Of a DNA stretch of 64,000 bases, positions 9,141 to 18,034 are shown piece by piece (within the stretch, counting starts at the first letter, position 1; every line of letters starts with the position of its first letter). The notes under the pieces were generated by a model. The model ran no database searches and had not been told where the DNA came from. It saw nothing but the letters and a program-made list of their open reading frames with translations. The translations under genes and the position numbers were made by a program. The stretch comes from Candidatus Argoarchaeum ethanivorans (GTDB lineage Archaea > Halobacteriota > Methanosarcinia > Methanosarcinales > EX4572-44): the NCBI GenBank assembly GCA_004193545.1, contig RPGO01000009.1:15166-79165 (forward strand), given 5' to 3'.

Positions 9141-9273
9141 GAAAATAAAAATCCTTAAAAGGGATGGATTCACATTTAAGTAAAGAAAATTTGTGCTTAT
9201 GTAAAACGAAGTTCATCATTAAGTAAACGTTAATGAAACACTTTATAACAAAACACCACTCAGGACTTGTACC

Positions 9274-10377
9274 ATGAAGTTTTCAGCGCGCACCAGGCAT
9301 ATCGATATATCAGGCATACGTAAGATGTTTGAAGCTTCTGGAAGAGAGACAATAAATCTTGGACTTGGACAGCCGGACTTTGACACACCAGAACACATAA
9401 AAGAGGCAGCAATTAAGGCGATACAGGAAGGGTTCACAGGATACACAGAAAATCTTGGAATGCCTGAATTAAGAGAGGCGATTGTTGAAAAATTCCAGCA
9501 GGAAAACAATATCTATGCAACACCGGGACAGGTTATTGTTACAGCGGGAGCATCAGAAGCACTCCACATTGCCCTTCAGAGCATCATAGAAGAGGGCGAT
9601 GAAGTGCTGATTCCAAACCCTGGATTTGTATCCTACAGTGCACTTACACACATAGCAGAAGGAAGACCAAAAGACCTGCCTTTAAGTAAGAATCTCACCA
9701 TATCCCCAGAAACAGTAGCAGAAGAGATAACACCAAAGACACGGGCAATCATCATCAACTCTCCAGGAAACCCGACAGGTGCTGTACAAACAAAAGACGA
9801 AATAAAAGGCATATCTGAAGTAGCAGAAGATTACAACCTTACCATCATATCAGATGAAGTCTACGAGCACATCATCTATGAAGGCGAGCACATAAGCCCG
9901 GCAGAGTACACAGAAAACGTAATCACCATCAATGCCACATCCAAAACTTATGCCATGACTGGCTGGCGCATTGGATACGCAACTGCACCAGTTGAGGTAA
10001 TCGAACAAATGACAAAAATACACCAGTACATACAGGCATGTGCCACGAGCATATCACAAAAAGCAGCACTTGCAGCACTAACAGGGCCACAGGATTGTGT
10101 CGGGGAGATGCGCATGGAGTTTCTAAAACGACGAAACATCTTGCTTAAAGGCTTTGATGAGATGAACATCAAGTACCCGCACCCAAAAGGCGCTTTTTAT
10201 GCCTTCCCGGAAGTAGCGAATGCAGAAGAAATGGTAGAGCGATTCCTGCATCATGGTGTGATTACAACACCAGGGACAGCTTTTGGAAGCAGCGGAAGTG
10301 GGCATATTAGATTCTCTTATGCCACATCACAAAAAAACATAGAACAAGCACTGATGATCATAAAAGATATACTTTAG
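9274..10377 (+). CDS. Class I/II PLP-dependent aminotransferase (aspartate aminotransferase-like)
   Basis: NPGNPTG and SKTYAMTGWRIGY (PLP-lysine motif), 367 aa. Confidence 0.85.
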   Translation: MKFSARTRHIDISGIRKMFEASGRETINLGLGQPDFDTPEHIKEAAIKAIQEGFTGYTENLGMPELREAIVEKFQQENNIYATPGQVIVTAGASEALHIALQSIIEEGDEVLIPNPGFVSYSALTHIAEGRPKDLPLSKNLTISPETVAEEITPKTRAIIINSPGNPTGAVQTKDEIKGISEVAEDYNLTIISDEVYEHIIYEGEHISPAEYTENVITINATSKTYAMTGWRIGYATAPVEVIEQMTKIHQYIQACATSISQKAALAALTGPQDCVGEMRMEFLKRRNILLKGFDEMNIKYPHPKGAFYAFPEVANAEEMVERFLHHGVITTPGTAFGSSGSGHIRFSYATSQKNIEQALMIIKDIL

Positions 10378-10391
10378 ATAGAGGTGCTAAA

Positions 10392-10811
10392 ATGGCTGCG
10401 TCTTTTGATTACTTTGAACATGTTGCAGATATTGGTGTAATTGGAATCGGTGACACACTTGCAGAAGCATTTGTTGGTGGGGCACAGGGGCTTTTTAATG
10501 TGATGGTTGATATTGATCAGGTAGATGGTACCAGGTGCATTGATATAACATGCAGTGCTTTTGATATTCAGGAATTGTACATCGAATGGCTTAATACCCT
10601 GCTTGCCAAAGCTGACATCAATGGAATGGTATTTTGCAGGTTTACTATTGACCAGTTAACAGAAAATACACTGCATGGTCATGCTTTTGGAGAAACTATC
10701 AATGCAATGAAGCATCATATTAAAACCGAGGTAAAAGGTGCTACCTATTCCATGCTGAGTATCGAGAAAGTGAATGATAAATTTGTTGTAAAATGTGTTG
10801 TGGATGTGTAA
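10392..10811 (+). CDS. Archease
   Basis: The N-terminus FDYFEHVADIGVIG and the 139-aa length are typical of archease. It sits directly upstream of rtcB. Confidence 0.85.
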   Translation: MAASFDYFEHVADIGVIGIGDTLAEAFVGGAQGLFNVMVDIDQVDGTRCIDITCSAFDIQELYIEWLNTLLAKADINGMVFCRFTIDQLTENTLHGHAFGETINAMKHHIKTEVKGATYSMLSIEKVNDKFVVKCVVDV

Positions 10812-10813
10812 GT

Positions 10814-12241
10814 ATGGATCTTGAACGATTGAAAAAAATTGGTGACAATGTATGGGAAATACCGAAAAGTGGAGACATGCTTGTTAATGGGCGAATCTTT
10901 GGAAGTTACGAACTTGTTCTGGGGATGGACGATAAAGTATACGAACAGACCAGTAATGTCGCATGTCTTCCCGGAATCCAAAAATTTGCTGCCGTTATGC
11001 CGGATGCGCACTGGGGCTATGGATTTCCCATAGGTGGGGTTGCAGCATTCGATCCCGAAAATGGTGGGGTAGTCTCGGTTGGAGGTGTTGGTTTTGATGT
11101 CAACTGTGGGGTTCGAAGCCTTACCACAAATCTCACAGTGAACGACGTGAAGCCCAAACTTTCAACACTTGTTGATGTTCTTTTTGATATGGTACCTGCC
11201 GGTCTTGGCTCACGGGGTGAGATAGCACTTGCAGGAGGCAAGATCTATGATGTTCTGACCGATGGTGCACCATGGATAGTAGAACAGGGTTACGGTACTA
11301 AAGAAGACCTTACCTTTATCGAGGAAGGTGGTGTGATCGCTGGTGCTGATCCAGAAAATGTCAGTGAAACCGCTATAAAGCGAGAAAAACGACAGGTTGG
11401 AACGCTTGGTTCAGGAAATCATTACCTTGAAGTGCAGTATGTGGATCAGATCTACAACCAGTCCATTGCTGAAAAATTTGGACTATCTATGAACCAGATA
11501 ATAATTTCCTTTCACTGCGGCTCACGCGCTCTTGGCCATCAAATCGGCACCGACTATCTTAAAATTCTTGCAGGTGCATCGCGCAAATATGATTTGCCGA
11601 TCAGGGAAAGAGAACTTGTATGCGCTCCAATACACTCTCCCGAGGGTGAAAAATACTTCTCGGCAGTGAACTGCGCTACAAACTATGCCTTTGCCAACAG
11701 GCAGGTAATAGCACATCTGGCGCGAAAAGGGGTTAATAAAGTATTTCCGGATGCAGATGTAAAGACGCTCTATGATGTTGGACACAACACCTGCAAGGTT
11801 GAACGACACAAGCTCAATGGTAAAACAAAAACGCTCTATGTTCATCGAAAAGGTGCTACCAGAGCATTTGGGAAGGGAAGAGATGAGCTGCCGGAATCGT
11901 ACAAGGGTGCAGGACAGCCAGTATTAATTGGTGGCAGCATGGGCACAGCGTCCTATATTCTTGCTGGACTGGAAAAAGAGGGGGGTGCATTTGCATCAGT
12001 GTGCCATGGAGCAGGCAGAGTAATGAGTCGAACAAAAGCTAAAAAGCTCTGGCAGGGAGAGGGAATTGTAAAAGAGCTTGGAGCACGCGGTATCATCATT
12101 AAAACACACTCCATGAGAGGTGTCGCGGAAGAGGCGCCTGGAAGCTACAAACCAATAGAAAAAGTGGTGGATGTGATTGATGCCACCGGACTTGCAGCAA
12201 AAGTTGTAAGAGTGCGCCCGCTTGGATGCATCAAAGGGTAA
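10814..12241 (+). CDS. rtcB: RNA-splicing ligase RtcB
   Basis: MPDAHWGYGFPIGGV, GVGFDVNCG, GSGNHYLE, HRKGATRA and CHGAGR motifs. ATG 10814 is preferred over the upstream extension that overlaps archease. Confidence 0.92.
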   Translation: MDLERLKKIGDNVWEIPKSGDMLVNGRIFGSYELVLGMDDKVYEQTSNVACLPGIQKFAAVMPDAHWGYGFPIGGVAAFDPENGGVVSVGGVGFDVNCGVRSLTTNLTVNDVKPKLSTLVDVLFDMVPAGLGSRGEIALAGGKIYDVLTDGAPWIVEQGYGTKEDLTFIEEGGVIAGADPENVSETAIKREKRQVGTLGSGNHYLEVQYVDQIYNQSIAEKFGLSMNQIIISFHCGSRALGHQIGTDYLKILAGASRKYDLPIRERELVCAPIHSPEGEKYFSAVNCATNYAFANRQVIAHLARKGVNKVFPDADVKTLYDVGHNTCKVERHKLNGKTKTLYVHRKGATRAFGKGRDELPESYKGAGQPVLIGGSMGTASYILAGLEKEGGAFASVCHGAGRVMSRTKAKKLWQGEGIVKELGARGIIIKTHSMRGVAEEAPGSYKPIEKVVDVIDATGLAAKVVRVRPLGCIKG

Positions 12242-12517
12242 TAGGATATTGATTTCGAGTTTCAACTTTTATGCAAACGAGTCCCCCATTCATGGTTGTA
12301 AAGGGGGATCGCACGCATAGTGGCTATTTTCATTTAATTACTATATCCCGCTACTCTATAGATGATGGGCGTTATGTGCATCCTTCGGATGGCTTGAACC
12401 AGAATAACAATCGTGGCGCTAAAATTGGTGCATGGATAACACTACAAAAAGGGACATGTGAAGAAACAGAGGTTATTCATACTTGCATCTTTAAGATGGA
12501 TAGACGAATATAAGTTT

Positions 12518-12578
12518 GGATATAATGCTAAAATATAAGGAATATACGAATTCAAGTTCGGATATCCTCAAGTTAGGC
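12518..12578 (+). repeat. Upstream structured element U2, homologous to U1
   Basis: GGATATAATGCTAAAAT (12518-12534) matches 1362-1378 at 16 of 17 positions. Hairpin AGGAATATACGAA-TTCAAG-TTCGGATATCCT (12538-12568). GTTAGGC (12572-12578) fits GTTRRRY. Confidence 0.65.
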
Positions 12579-12630
12579 GAAATGCTGCCCATTTCTAAAT
12601 TCCAAAAGATAAGTTTATAATCAGAAATCA

Positions 12631-14499
12631 TTGACTAAGATATTTGTAAACTTCAAGAGCTTGCCAATGAAGAAATCCAAACAATCGAAAATACCCAGCC
12701 ATAGTAAAACAAGTTTTACCGATGAGCGGTCAACAACTTTGATTAAGTATATTTTGGCGACTCATGGAAGAGTAATGACACAACTTTATTCTAACGATAA
12801 ATGGCCAAATATAGATGGCTTTTTGGAAGTGCAAGACAGCAATAGGAATTTAGTCGGTAGATTATTTGTGCAAGCGAAAACATTGCCACCCAATCATAAA
12901 AACAAATTTCGTTGTCCAATTCCGTTTTTTTCCAGTTGTGAAATAGACCCAATCCTATTATTTGGCGTTGATAACCAAAATAAAAAGGTGTATTGGCGCT
13001 ATTTTGATAGCCAAATCATTAAAAACATTGACTTTAAAAATAACAAATACTCCAAGACAATAACCTTTGATAGCAACAACTTTTTTGATGAAAACACAAG
13101 TAATTATATTGGTGAGTGGGAAGAGATTATCAAAAATAATAGGTTCAAGTTCCAAAATTATGATGAGTTGAGCAATGCCTATATGATTATTCTGCAAAGT
13201 TCAAATGCGGCATTAGGTAAAGTCAATAATGATTTTGTTAGAATTCACGACTTTTTAGATACCTTCAATGGTTTATTAGACCGTGAATTTTCTATAGTCA
13301 AAACCCTTTTTTATCCTCGCACTTGGAATATCGGTATCGCTTATTATGAATATAAGCCTTCAAAGCTTAGTTATGCTTTGTATCCTATCTATTTAGATAA
13401 AAATGATGTTCAAATCAAAGAAGTTGACAAAAACCTACATGACAAAATTCAAAAAGAGGGATTAAGTTTCACCGGACATTTTGCCGAAAATCCCATAGAA
13501 ACAAGACCAAAAGAATACGCAAAGGAGATTATACAGTCCAAAGTTTTCAAGATGCTGGAAAACAAACCACTCAGTCATGCAGGCAATGACTTTCTGGCAA
13601 GAGAATTTATTTTTGCCTTTGTTGATAAATTCCATGCTCAACTTGGATTAACAAAAAAAGACACCCACACAATCCGCGAGATAGAAAAAGCTTTTTACCA
13701 ATATCTTCCTTCGTGGGTAGAAGAAGCCGCCAATTTTATGGTTTCAGTAAAACGCAACGGCAAAAATAAATTAACCGATTGTTTGACTGTTGATAGGTTG
13801 CGAGGTGGGCAACCGTATTTCGACCCTGACAGTATGATTCGGCAAATTATGAAAGATGAACTGAAAGATATTGAGGATAAAGTAAAGGCAAGATTGAAAG
13901 ATAAAAAAGTGAAAATCCCAAATTGGCCAATAGGTAATCAAGAATTGCCCCGTGGTGTTTTTGTTGAGCTTTTTACTTATCTCAGAAATACTCAAGATGA
14001 AATAACTCGTCCATACAATCCCAAAGATTTTCACCGATTAAATAGCTGGGTTTGGGAAGTATTCTCTAAAAAAGATGCCGAGCAAAACTTAAAAACATTT
14101 TTTGAGAACTTACTAAGTGTCTACAAAACAATACTTGAAAACAATTTCCCTATCCTAAAAAATGAACTTTCACTTTTTAGCAAAGCAGACAAAATCATTG
14201 TTACTTTTGCAGTAAAAGATAAATATAAATCTGCCCAAGATAGACCTACTTACAAAATGTTCTATCTCAAGTCTGAAAATAAACATCTTGAGAGGTCGAT
14301 TATGGTTTTGACTAACAAACAGGCAGAAGAATTTAATAACTTTGACTGGAATAAGCGAGAAATTGATCACCAGAGAAATAAATACAAAGTTGTTTCTATT
14401 CGTAGCAGTGTTTTGGATTTTATTTATGAAGATACGCCGATGTTAGATTTTGTTTATCATCTGTTAGATGATAGATTAAAAGATTATTTTAAAATTTAA
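12631..14499 (+). CDS. Large hypothetical protein with an N-terminal DUF4365 / PD-(D/E)xK-like motif (candidate defence nuclease)
   Basis: 622-aa ORF in a visibly AT-rich stretch. NIDGFLEVQD...GRLFVQAKT resembles the D...E.Q.K signature. No NTPase motifs seen. Alternative start ATG 12667. Confidence 0.6.
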   Translation: MTKIFVNFKSLPMKKSKQSKIPSHSKTSFTDERSTTLIKYILATHGRVMTQLYSNDKWPNIDGFLEVQDSNRNLVGRLFVQAKTLPPNHKNKFRCPIPFFSSCEIDPILLFGVDNQNKKVYWRYFDSQIIKNIDFKNNKYSKTITFDSNNFFDENTSNYIGEWEEIIKNNRFKFQNYDELSNAYMIILQSSNAALGKVNNDFVRIHDFLDTFNGLLDREFSIVKTLFYPRTWNIGIAYYEYKPSKLSYALYPIYLDKNDVQIKEVDKNLHDKIQKEGLSFTGHFAENPIETRPKEYAKEIIQSKVFKMLENKPLSHAGNDFLAREFIFAFVDKFHAQLGLTKKDTHTIREIEKAFYQYLPSWVEEAANFMVSVKRNGKNKLTDCLTVDRLRGGQPYFDPDSMIRQIMKDELKDIEDKVKARLKDKKVKIPNWPIGNQELPRGVFVELFTYLRNTQDEITRPYNPKDFHRLNSWVWEVFSKKDAEQNLKTFFENLLSVYKTILENNFPILKNELSLFSKADKIIVTFAVKDKYKSAQDRPTYKMFYLKSENKHLERSIMVLTNKQAEEFNNFDWNKREIDHQRNKYKVVSIRSSVLDFIYEDTPMLDFVYHLLDDRLKDYFKI

Positions 14500-14523
14500 A
14501 ACAAAGAGTGAGCAGCACATCAC

Positions 14524-14601
14524 ATAACATGATATATCTGGCTACGCTCCGCCCAAATTTTTGCTATCGCAAAAACTTCAGATATACCAGAAACGTTAAG
14601 C
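14524..14601 (+). repeat. attC-like imperfect palindrome D2, 3' of the 622-aa gene
   Basis: ATAAC(14524-14528)-A-TGATATATCTG(14530-14540), a 38-nt loop, then CAGATATACCA(14579-14589)-GAAAC-GTTAAGC(14595-14601, fits GTTRRRY). Confidence 0.7.
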
Positions 14602-14672
14602 GAAATACGTCTTCTAAATCCACAAAATATACATAAAATGAAGAAAGTCATAATCAAAAAGGAGGAATCAGA

Positions 14673-15266
14673 ATGAAAAAGAAATTCAATCAGGTGTATC
14701 GATTTAAGATATCATTATTGGGTATTAGACCACCTATTTGGCGACGAATACAAGTTCCAGAAACCTATACGTTTTGGGATTTACACGTTGCCATTCAGGA
14801 TGTAATGGGTTGGGCGGATTATCATCTTCATGAATTTGGAATAACTTCTCCTGAAAACGGAGAAAAGGTGAGAATAGGAATCCCTGAAGAAAATTTTGAC
14901 AAAAAAGTTCTTCCTGGATGGAAACAAAAAATTGCTGATTATTTTTCACAGGAGAATGAAAAGGCAGATTATGTATATGATTTTGGAGATAATTGGGAAC
15001 ATATTATCAAGTTGGAAAAAATCCTCCCAAGAGAAGAAAATATCAAATATCCTATATATATCAAAGGGAGAAGAGCATGCCCACCAGAAGATTGTGGTGG
15101 GATCGGCGGTTATTACAACCTATTGGAAATCATAAAGAATCCCAATCACGAGGAGTATGAAGAAATGTTAGACTGGTTTGGTGGGGAATTTGATCCAGAA
15201 CGTTTTGATGTAGAAGAGGTTAGTTTTGACGATCCTGTTAAACGTCGAAAAATTGCATTCGGGTAG
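14673..15266 (+). CDS. pRiA4b ORF-3-like (PRiA4_ORF3 domain) protein
   Basis: YRFKISLLGIRPPIWRRIQVPETYTFWDLHVAIQDVMGWADYHLHEF plus CPPEDCGGIGGY is the typical family signature. Confidence 0.8.
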   Translation: MKKKFNQVYRFKISLLGIRPPIWRRIQVPETYTFWDLHVAIQDVMGWADYHLHEFGITSPENGEKVRIGIPEENFDKKVLPGWKQKIADYFSQENEKADYVYDFGDNWEHIIKLEKILPREENIKYPIYIKGRRACPPEDCGGIGGYYNLLEIIKNPNHEEYEEMLDWFGGEFDPERFDVEEVSFDDPVKRRKIAFG

Positions 15267-15289
15267 AAGACGTACATCGCCCGACACAG

Positions 15290-16084
15290 CTATCCAATAC
15301 GATGTTGTGATTTTAAATGATACCCTGCTGCAAGTCCAACCACCAGTCCGGAAAGATGTGCTATGTGGGCAACCGCATCGCCACTGCCCATCATCAAAAA
15401 ATCAAGCAGTACTAACAATATGAGCGCATAAGTGATCGGCATCGGAATAAAATAGACATAGATTCGAATATGAGGTGCAAGTATCGTAAGAGTTGCAAGT
15501 ACGCCATAGAGCGCTCCACTCGCACCAATAATCGGGACGCTGGACGTAAGCATATGCCCAAGTGCTGCTACGATTCCAGATGCAAAAAAAATAAACAAAA
15601 ATCTTGGTGTGCCAATGCGACGTTCAAGTTCAGGTCCAAAGAAGAACAGGAACATGCCGTTAAAAAGCAGATGTGTGAAATTCCAATGCAAAAACATATA
15701 CGTGACAATTGTCCATGGACGATCAAACAAAGAAGGGGGATAAAACACAAGAGCATGGTACACAATATTAGATATAACAGGGATGGGTTTAAGTAAAAAC
15801 ACAAATGATATAATTATAAGCAGGGCTAAGGCACTATTATTAGATGCAAACCTGAGCCAGCCCGAAGCGCCTCCAAGACCTTTTTGCACAGCTTCGCCGG
15901 CATAATTCTGTACATTCTCATGCAATGTTCCGGATTCCCGGAGCTTCTGTTTATACTCTGCAATGCCAAGACAATGATGATTCTCTGGCAGGCGGTGATC
16001 AGCACAAAAACGCCCGCCACAGTACTTGCAGGTAAAAAGCATCAGTTCGTATTTACCACAGAAATGACAGCGACTAGCAACCAT
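15290..16084 (-). CDS. Rhomboid-family intramembrane serine protease with an N-terminal AN1-type zinc finger
   Basis: CHFCGK...CKYCGGRFCADHRLPENHHC (AN1-like). A multi-TM core with GASGALYG (catalytic Ser) and a downstream AHIAHLSG (His). Confidence 0.8.
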   Translation of the reverse strand: MVASRCHFCGKYELMLFTCKYCGGRFCADHRLPENHHCLGIAEYKQKLRESGTLHENVQNYAGEAVQKGLGGASGWLRFASNNSALALLIIISFVFLLKPIPVISNIVYHALVFYPPSLFDRPWTIVTYMFLHWNFTHLLFNGMFLFFFGPELERRIGTPRFLFIFFASGIVAALGHMLTSSVPIIGASGALYGVLATLTILAPHIRIYVYFIPMPITYALILLVLLDFLMMGSGDAVAHIAHLSGLVVGLAAGYHLKSQHRIG

Positions 16085-16189
16085 AAAATAAACACATGAT
16101 GGAAATAATAATACATAAACTAAACCATTATACAGGCGAGTGCTTAAGTATATGAAAAGCTTTGAGCATGTGGAGGAGGTTTAAATATC

Positions 16190-17227
16190 ATGGATCGCGA
16201 TCTATCGACTATATTAATAGTTGTGGTGTTATTTCTGATCTTTGTAGGTCTTCTTGCAGCATCAGGCGGTGATGAAAAGGAAAAGTCACGTTTCTGGATC
16301 AGGAACATCGATATCAAGGCAGAAGCAGTGGATGAGGATACTGTAAATATCACCGCTATAATCACACTGGAGCACAGAGGAGATGCAACAGGTGGTGTTA
16401 AGCTTCTTGTGAAAGTCTACGATGGAAAAACAGGGCTTCTTCTTATGGAGCAGTGCGCGCCTGCTGGTGGGCTTGAATCCCAGTCTGCTTCGAACAATAA
16501 AAGTGTGATACCTGGTGGTGAGCAGTCTGTTGAAACAAGGCTCTCGTTTATGCTCCCGACCAAGGATTCGTTGAGTCTTATGGTTGGATTATTCGAGGGT
16601 GATAAGTTTATAACAGACAGGGAAACCTGGATTTCAGGGCTGTCAACTCTCAAAATTGAGGATGACCCAGAGATCCAAATACGTGACGTCGACTTTGCTG
16701 TGAACCGAACAAGTGGCGATCGCATGATTGTTGATGCAACTGCATACATCGATAATCTCAAATCCGCTGACACAACCAGCTTAAGGATGCTCATAAAAGT
16801 AGAGGACAGTGAGACCGGGCTTCTTGTGGATCTGGCAGAGGTTGATATCGGTCCGCTTGCCGGTGGTGGGACATCGATCAGGTCTGCAAGCCTCAGCCTC
16901 CTTGGTGAGAGAGATCATGCAGTCGATCTTACAATCTGGAGCAGTGATAAAATCATTGCAGAGGGATATGGAGAAGTTGGATTGAGTCCATTTGGCAACA
17001 GAACAGAATTTATACCTGTAACAGGAACGGTTATTGAAAAAGAGCCTGAAATCAGTGTGGATAAATTTATCCCACGTCCAACATCGACTCCATCAGAAGA
17101 AATGATACATTATAAGGGAGTTGGAGGTATGGGATCACCTGAGTTGCCAGCGCCAGGATTTGGTGTTATAGGCGCAATTTTTGCCCTCTTAATCGTTTTA
17201 TTAATGAGGAGGACTCTAAAATGGTAG
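16190..17227 (+). CDS. Secreted/anchored protein with a PGF-CTERM sorting signal and internally repeated beta-rich modules
   Basis: N-terminal TM or signal segment. C-terminus PAPGFGVIGAIFALLIVLLMRR. Repeated ...V(K/E)V.D..TGLL... modules. Confidence 0.7.
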   Translation: MDRDLSTILIVVVLFLIFVGLLAASGGDEKEKSRFWIRNIDIKAEAVDEDTVNITAIITLEHRGDATGGVKLLVKVYDGKTGLLLMEQCAPAGGLESQSASNNKSVIPGGEQSVETRLSFMLPTKDSLSLMVGLFEGDKFITDRETWISGLSTLKIEDDPEIQIRDVDFAVNRTSGDRMIVDATAYIDNLKSADTTSLRMLIKVEDSETGLLVDLAEVDIGPLAGGGTSIRSASLSLLGERDHAVDLTIWSSDKIIAEGYGEVGLSPFGNRTEFIPVTGTVIEKEPEISVDKFIPRPTSTPSEEMIHYKGVGGMGSPELPAPGFGVIGAIFALLIVLLMRRTLKW

Positions 17228-17439
17228 ATAATCTTCAAAAAACGATTAAATCTATAATAGCTGGAATATTTATTATTATTCTTCTAATCGCAACGCTAAC
17301 ACTATATTTCAGCATGATGCGCACAATATCGACATTTTTTGATTACAGATACGAATCGATTGTTGAGGTTGGATTTGCACTCACAGTTATTGCGATAACG
17401 ATGACTCTCTTGAAGCGAATCATGAAAACAGAAGAGTGA
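17221..17439 (+). CDS. Small two-TM membrane protein; its start overlaps the stop of the upstream gene
   Basis: 72-aa hydrophobic ORF. The ATGGTAG overlap with the preceding gene suggests translational coupling. Confidence 0.4.
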   Translation: MVDNLQKTIKSIIAGIFIIILLIATLTLYFSMMRTISTFFDYRYESIVEVGFALTVIAITMTLLKRIMKTEE

Positions 17440-17584
17440 GGCAACTTACGAAGACTGATGGAGTGCGCCTGGCAGCGGGGGCACATCTACCACAACTTAC
17501 TTTGGGCCATGTTTTGCAAGCATCAATATGGCAAAAACAACTGACAGAACGGTATTAGGGAAGGAATACAAACATTAATAGATA

Positions 17585-17860
17585 ATGTCTCTTAACTCAA
17601 GCATTATGAACTTAATAACTATACTTGGATTGGTAATAGCAACCTGCACGACCATCTCATTTTTACCGCAGGCAATAAAGACAATAAGATCAAAGCATAC
17701 AAAAGATTTATCATTTGGAATGTATACAGTTTTAACAATCGGAATCTTCCTGTGGTTTGTGTATGGGATTTTCATAAAGGATATCCCTGTCATTCTTGCA
17801 AATGGAATAACCCTTGTATTTACTGCTACAATTTTGTATTTAATAATTAAATATAAATAA
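17585..17860 (+). CDS. SemiSWEET / PQ-loop family transporter
   Basis: 91 aa, three TM segments, with the LPQ motif (SFLPQAIKTIRSK) after TM1. Confidence 0.7.
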   Translation: MSLNSSIMNLITILGLVIATCTTISFLPQAIKTIRSKHTKDLSFGMYTVLTIGIFLWFVYGIFIKDIPVILANGITLVFTATILYLIIKYK

Positions 17861-18034
17861 AAGCCTCAGCCATTTTTGAATGTATGAAATAATCTTTGGT
17901 TTATGGGCTCTTGAATTCTTAATTCTTAGGAAAATTGGATAAAAAACTTGCAAAACAGATTCCGGGATAATTTTTTATGTACAATTGTGCAGTACCATTA
18001 GTTTTTTTACCAGGTTGGATATATGTGACATTCT

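Noticed and set aside
8858-9148. 96-aa ORF, together with the 4647-4919 and 79-279 minus-strand ORFs, lying within hairpin clusters.
   Set aside because: These are translations of palindromic repeats (recurrent CTTSLCR/LHNEVV-type peptides), not genes.
12271-12513. 80-aa ORF at the left edge of island 2.
   Set aside because: There is no motif or RBS. The region shows weak nucleotide similarity to the trailer of the integrase fragment, so it is more likely decayed non-coding DNA.
17440-17584. Possible C/D-box sRNA (CTGATGG ... CTGA) in the intergenic region.
   Set aside because: The box spacing of about 85 nt and the lack of C'/D' boxes and terminal stem do not fit archaeal C/D sRNAs.
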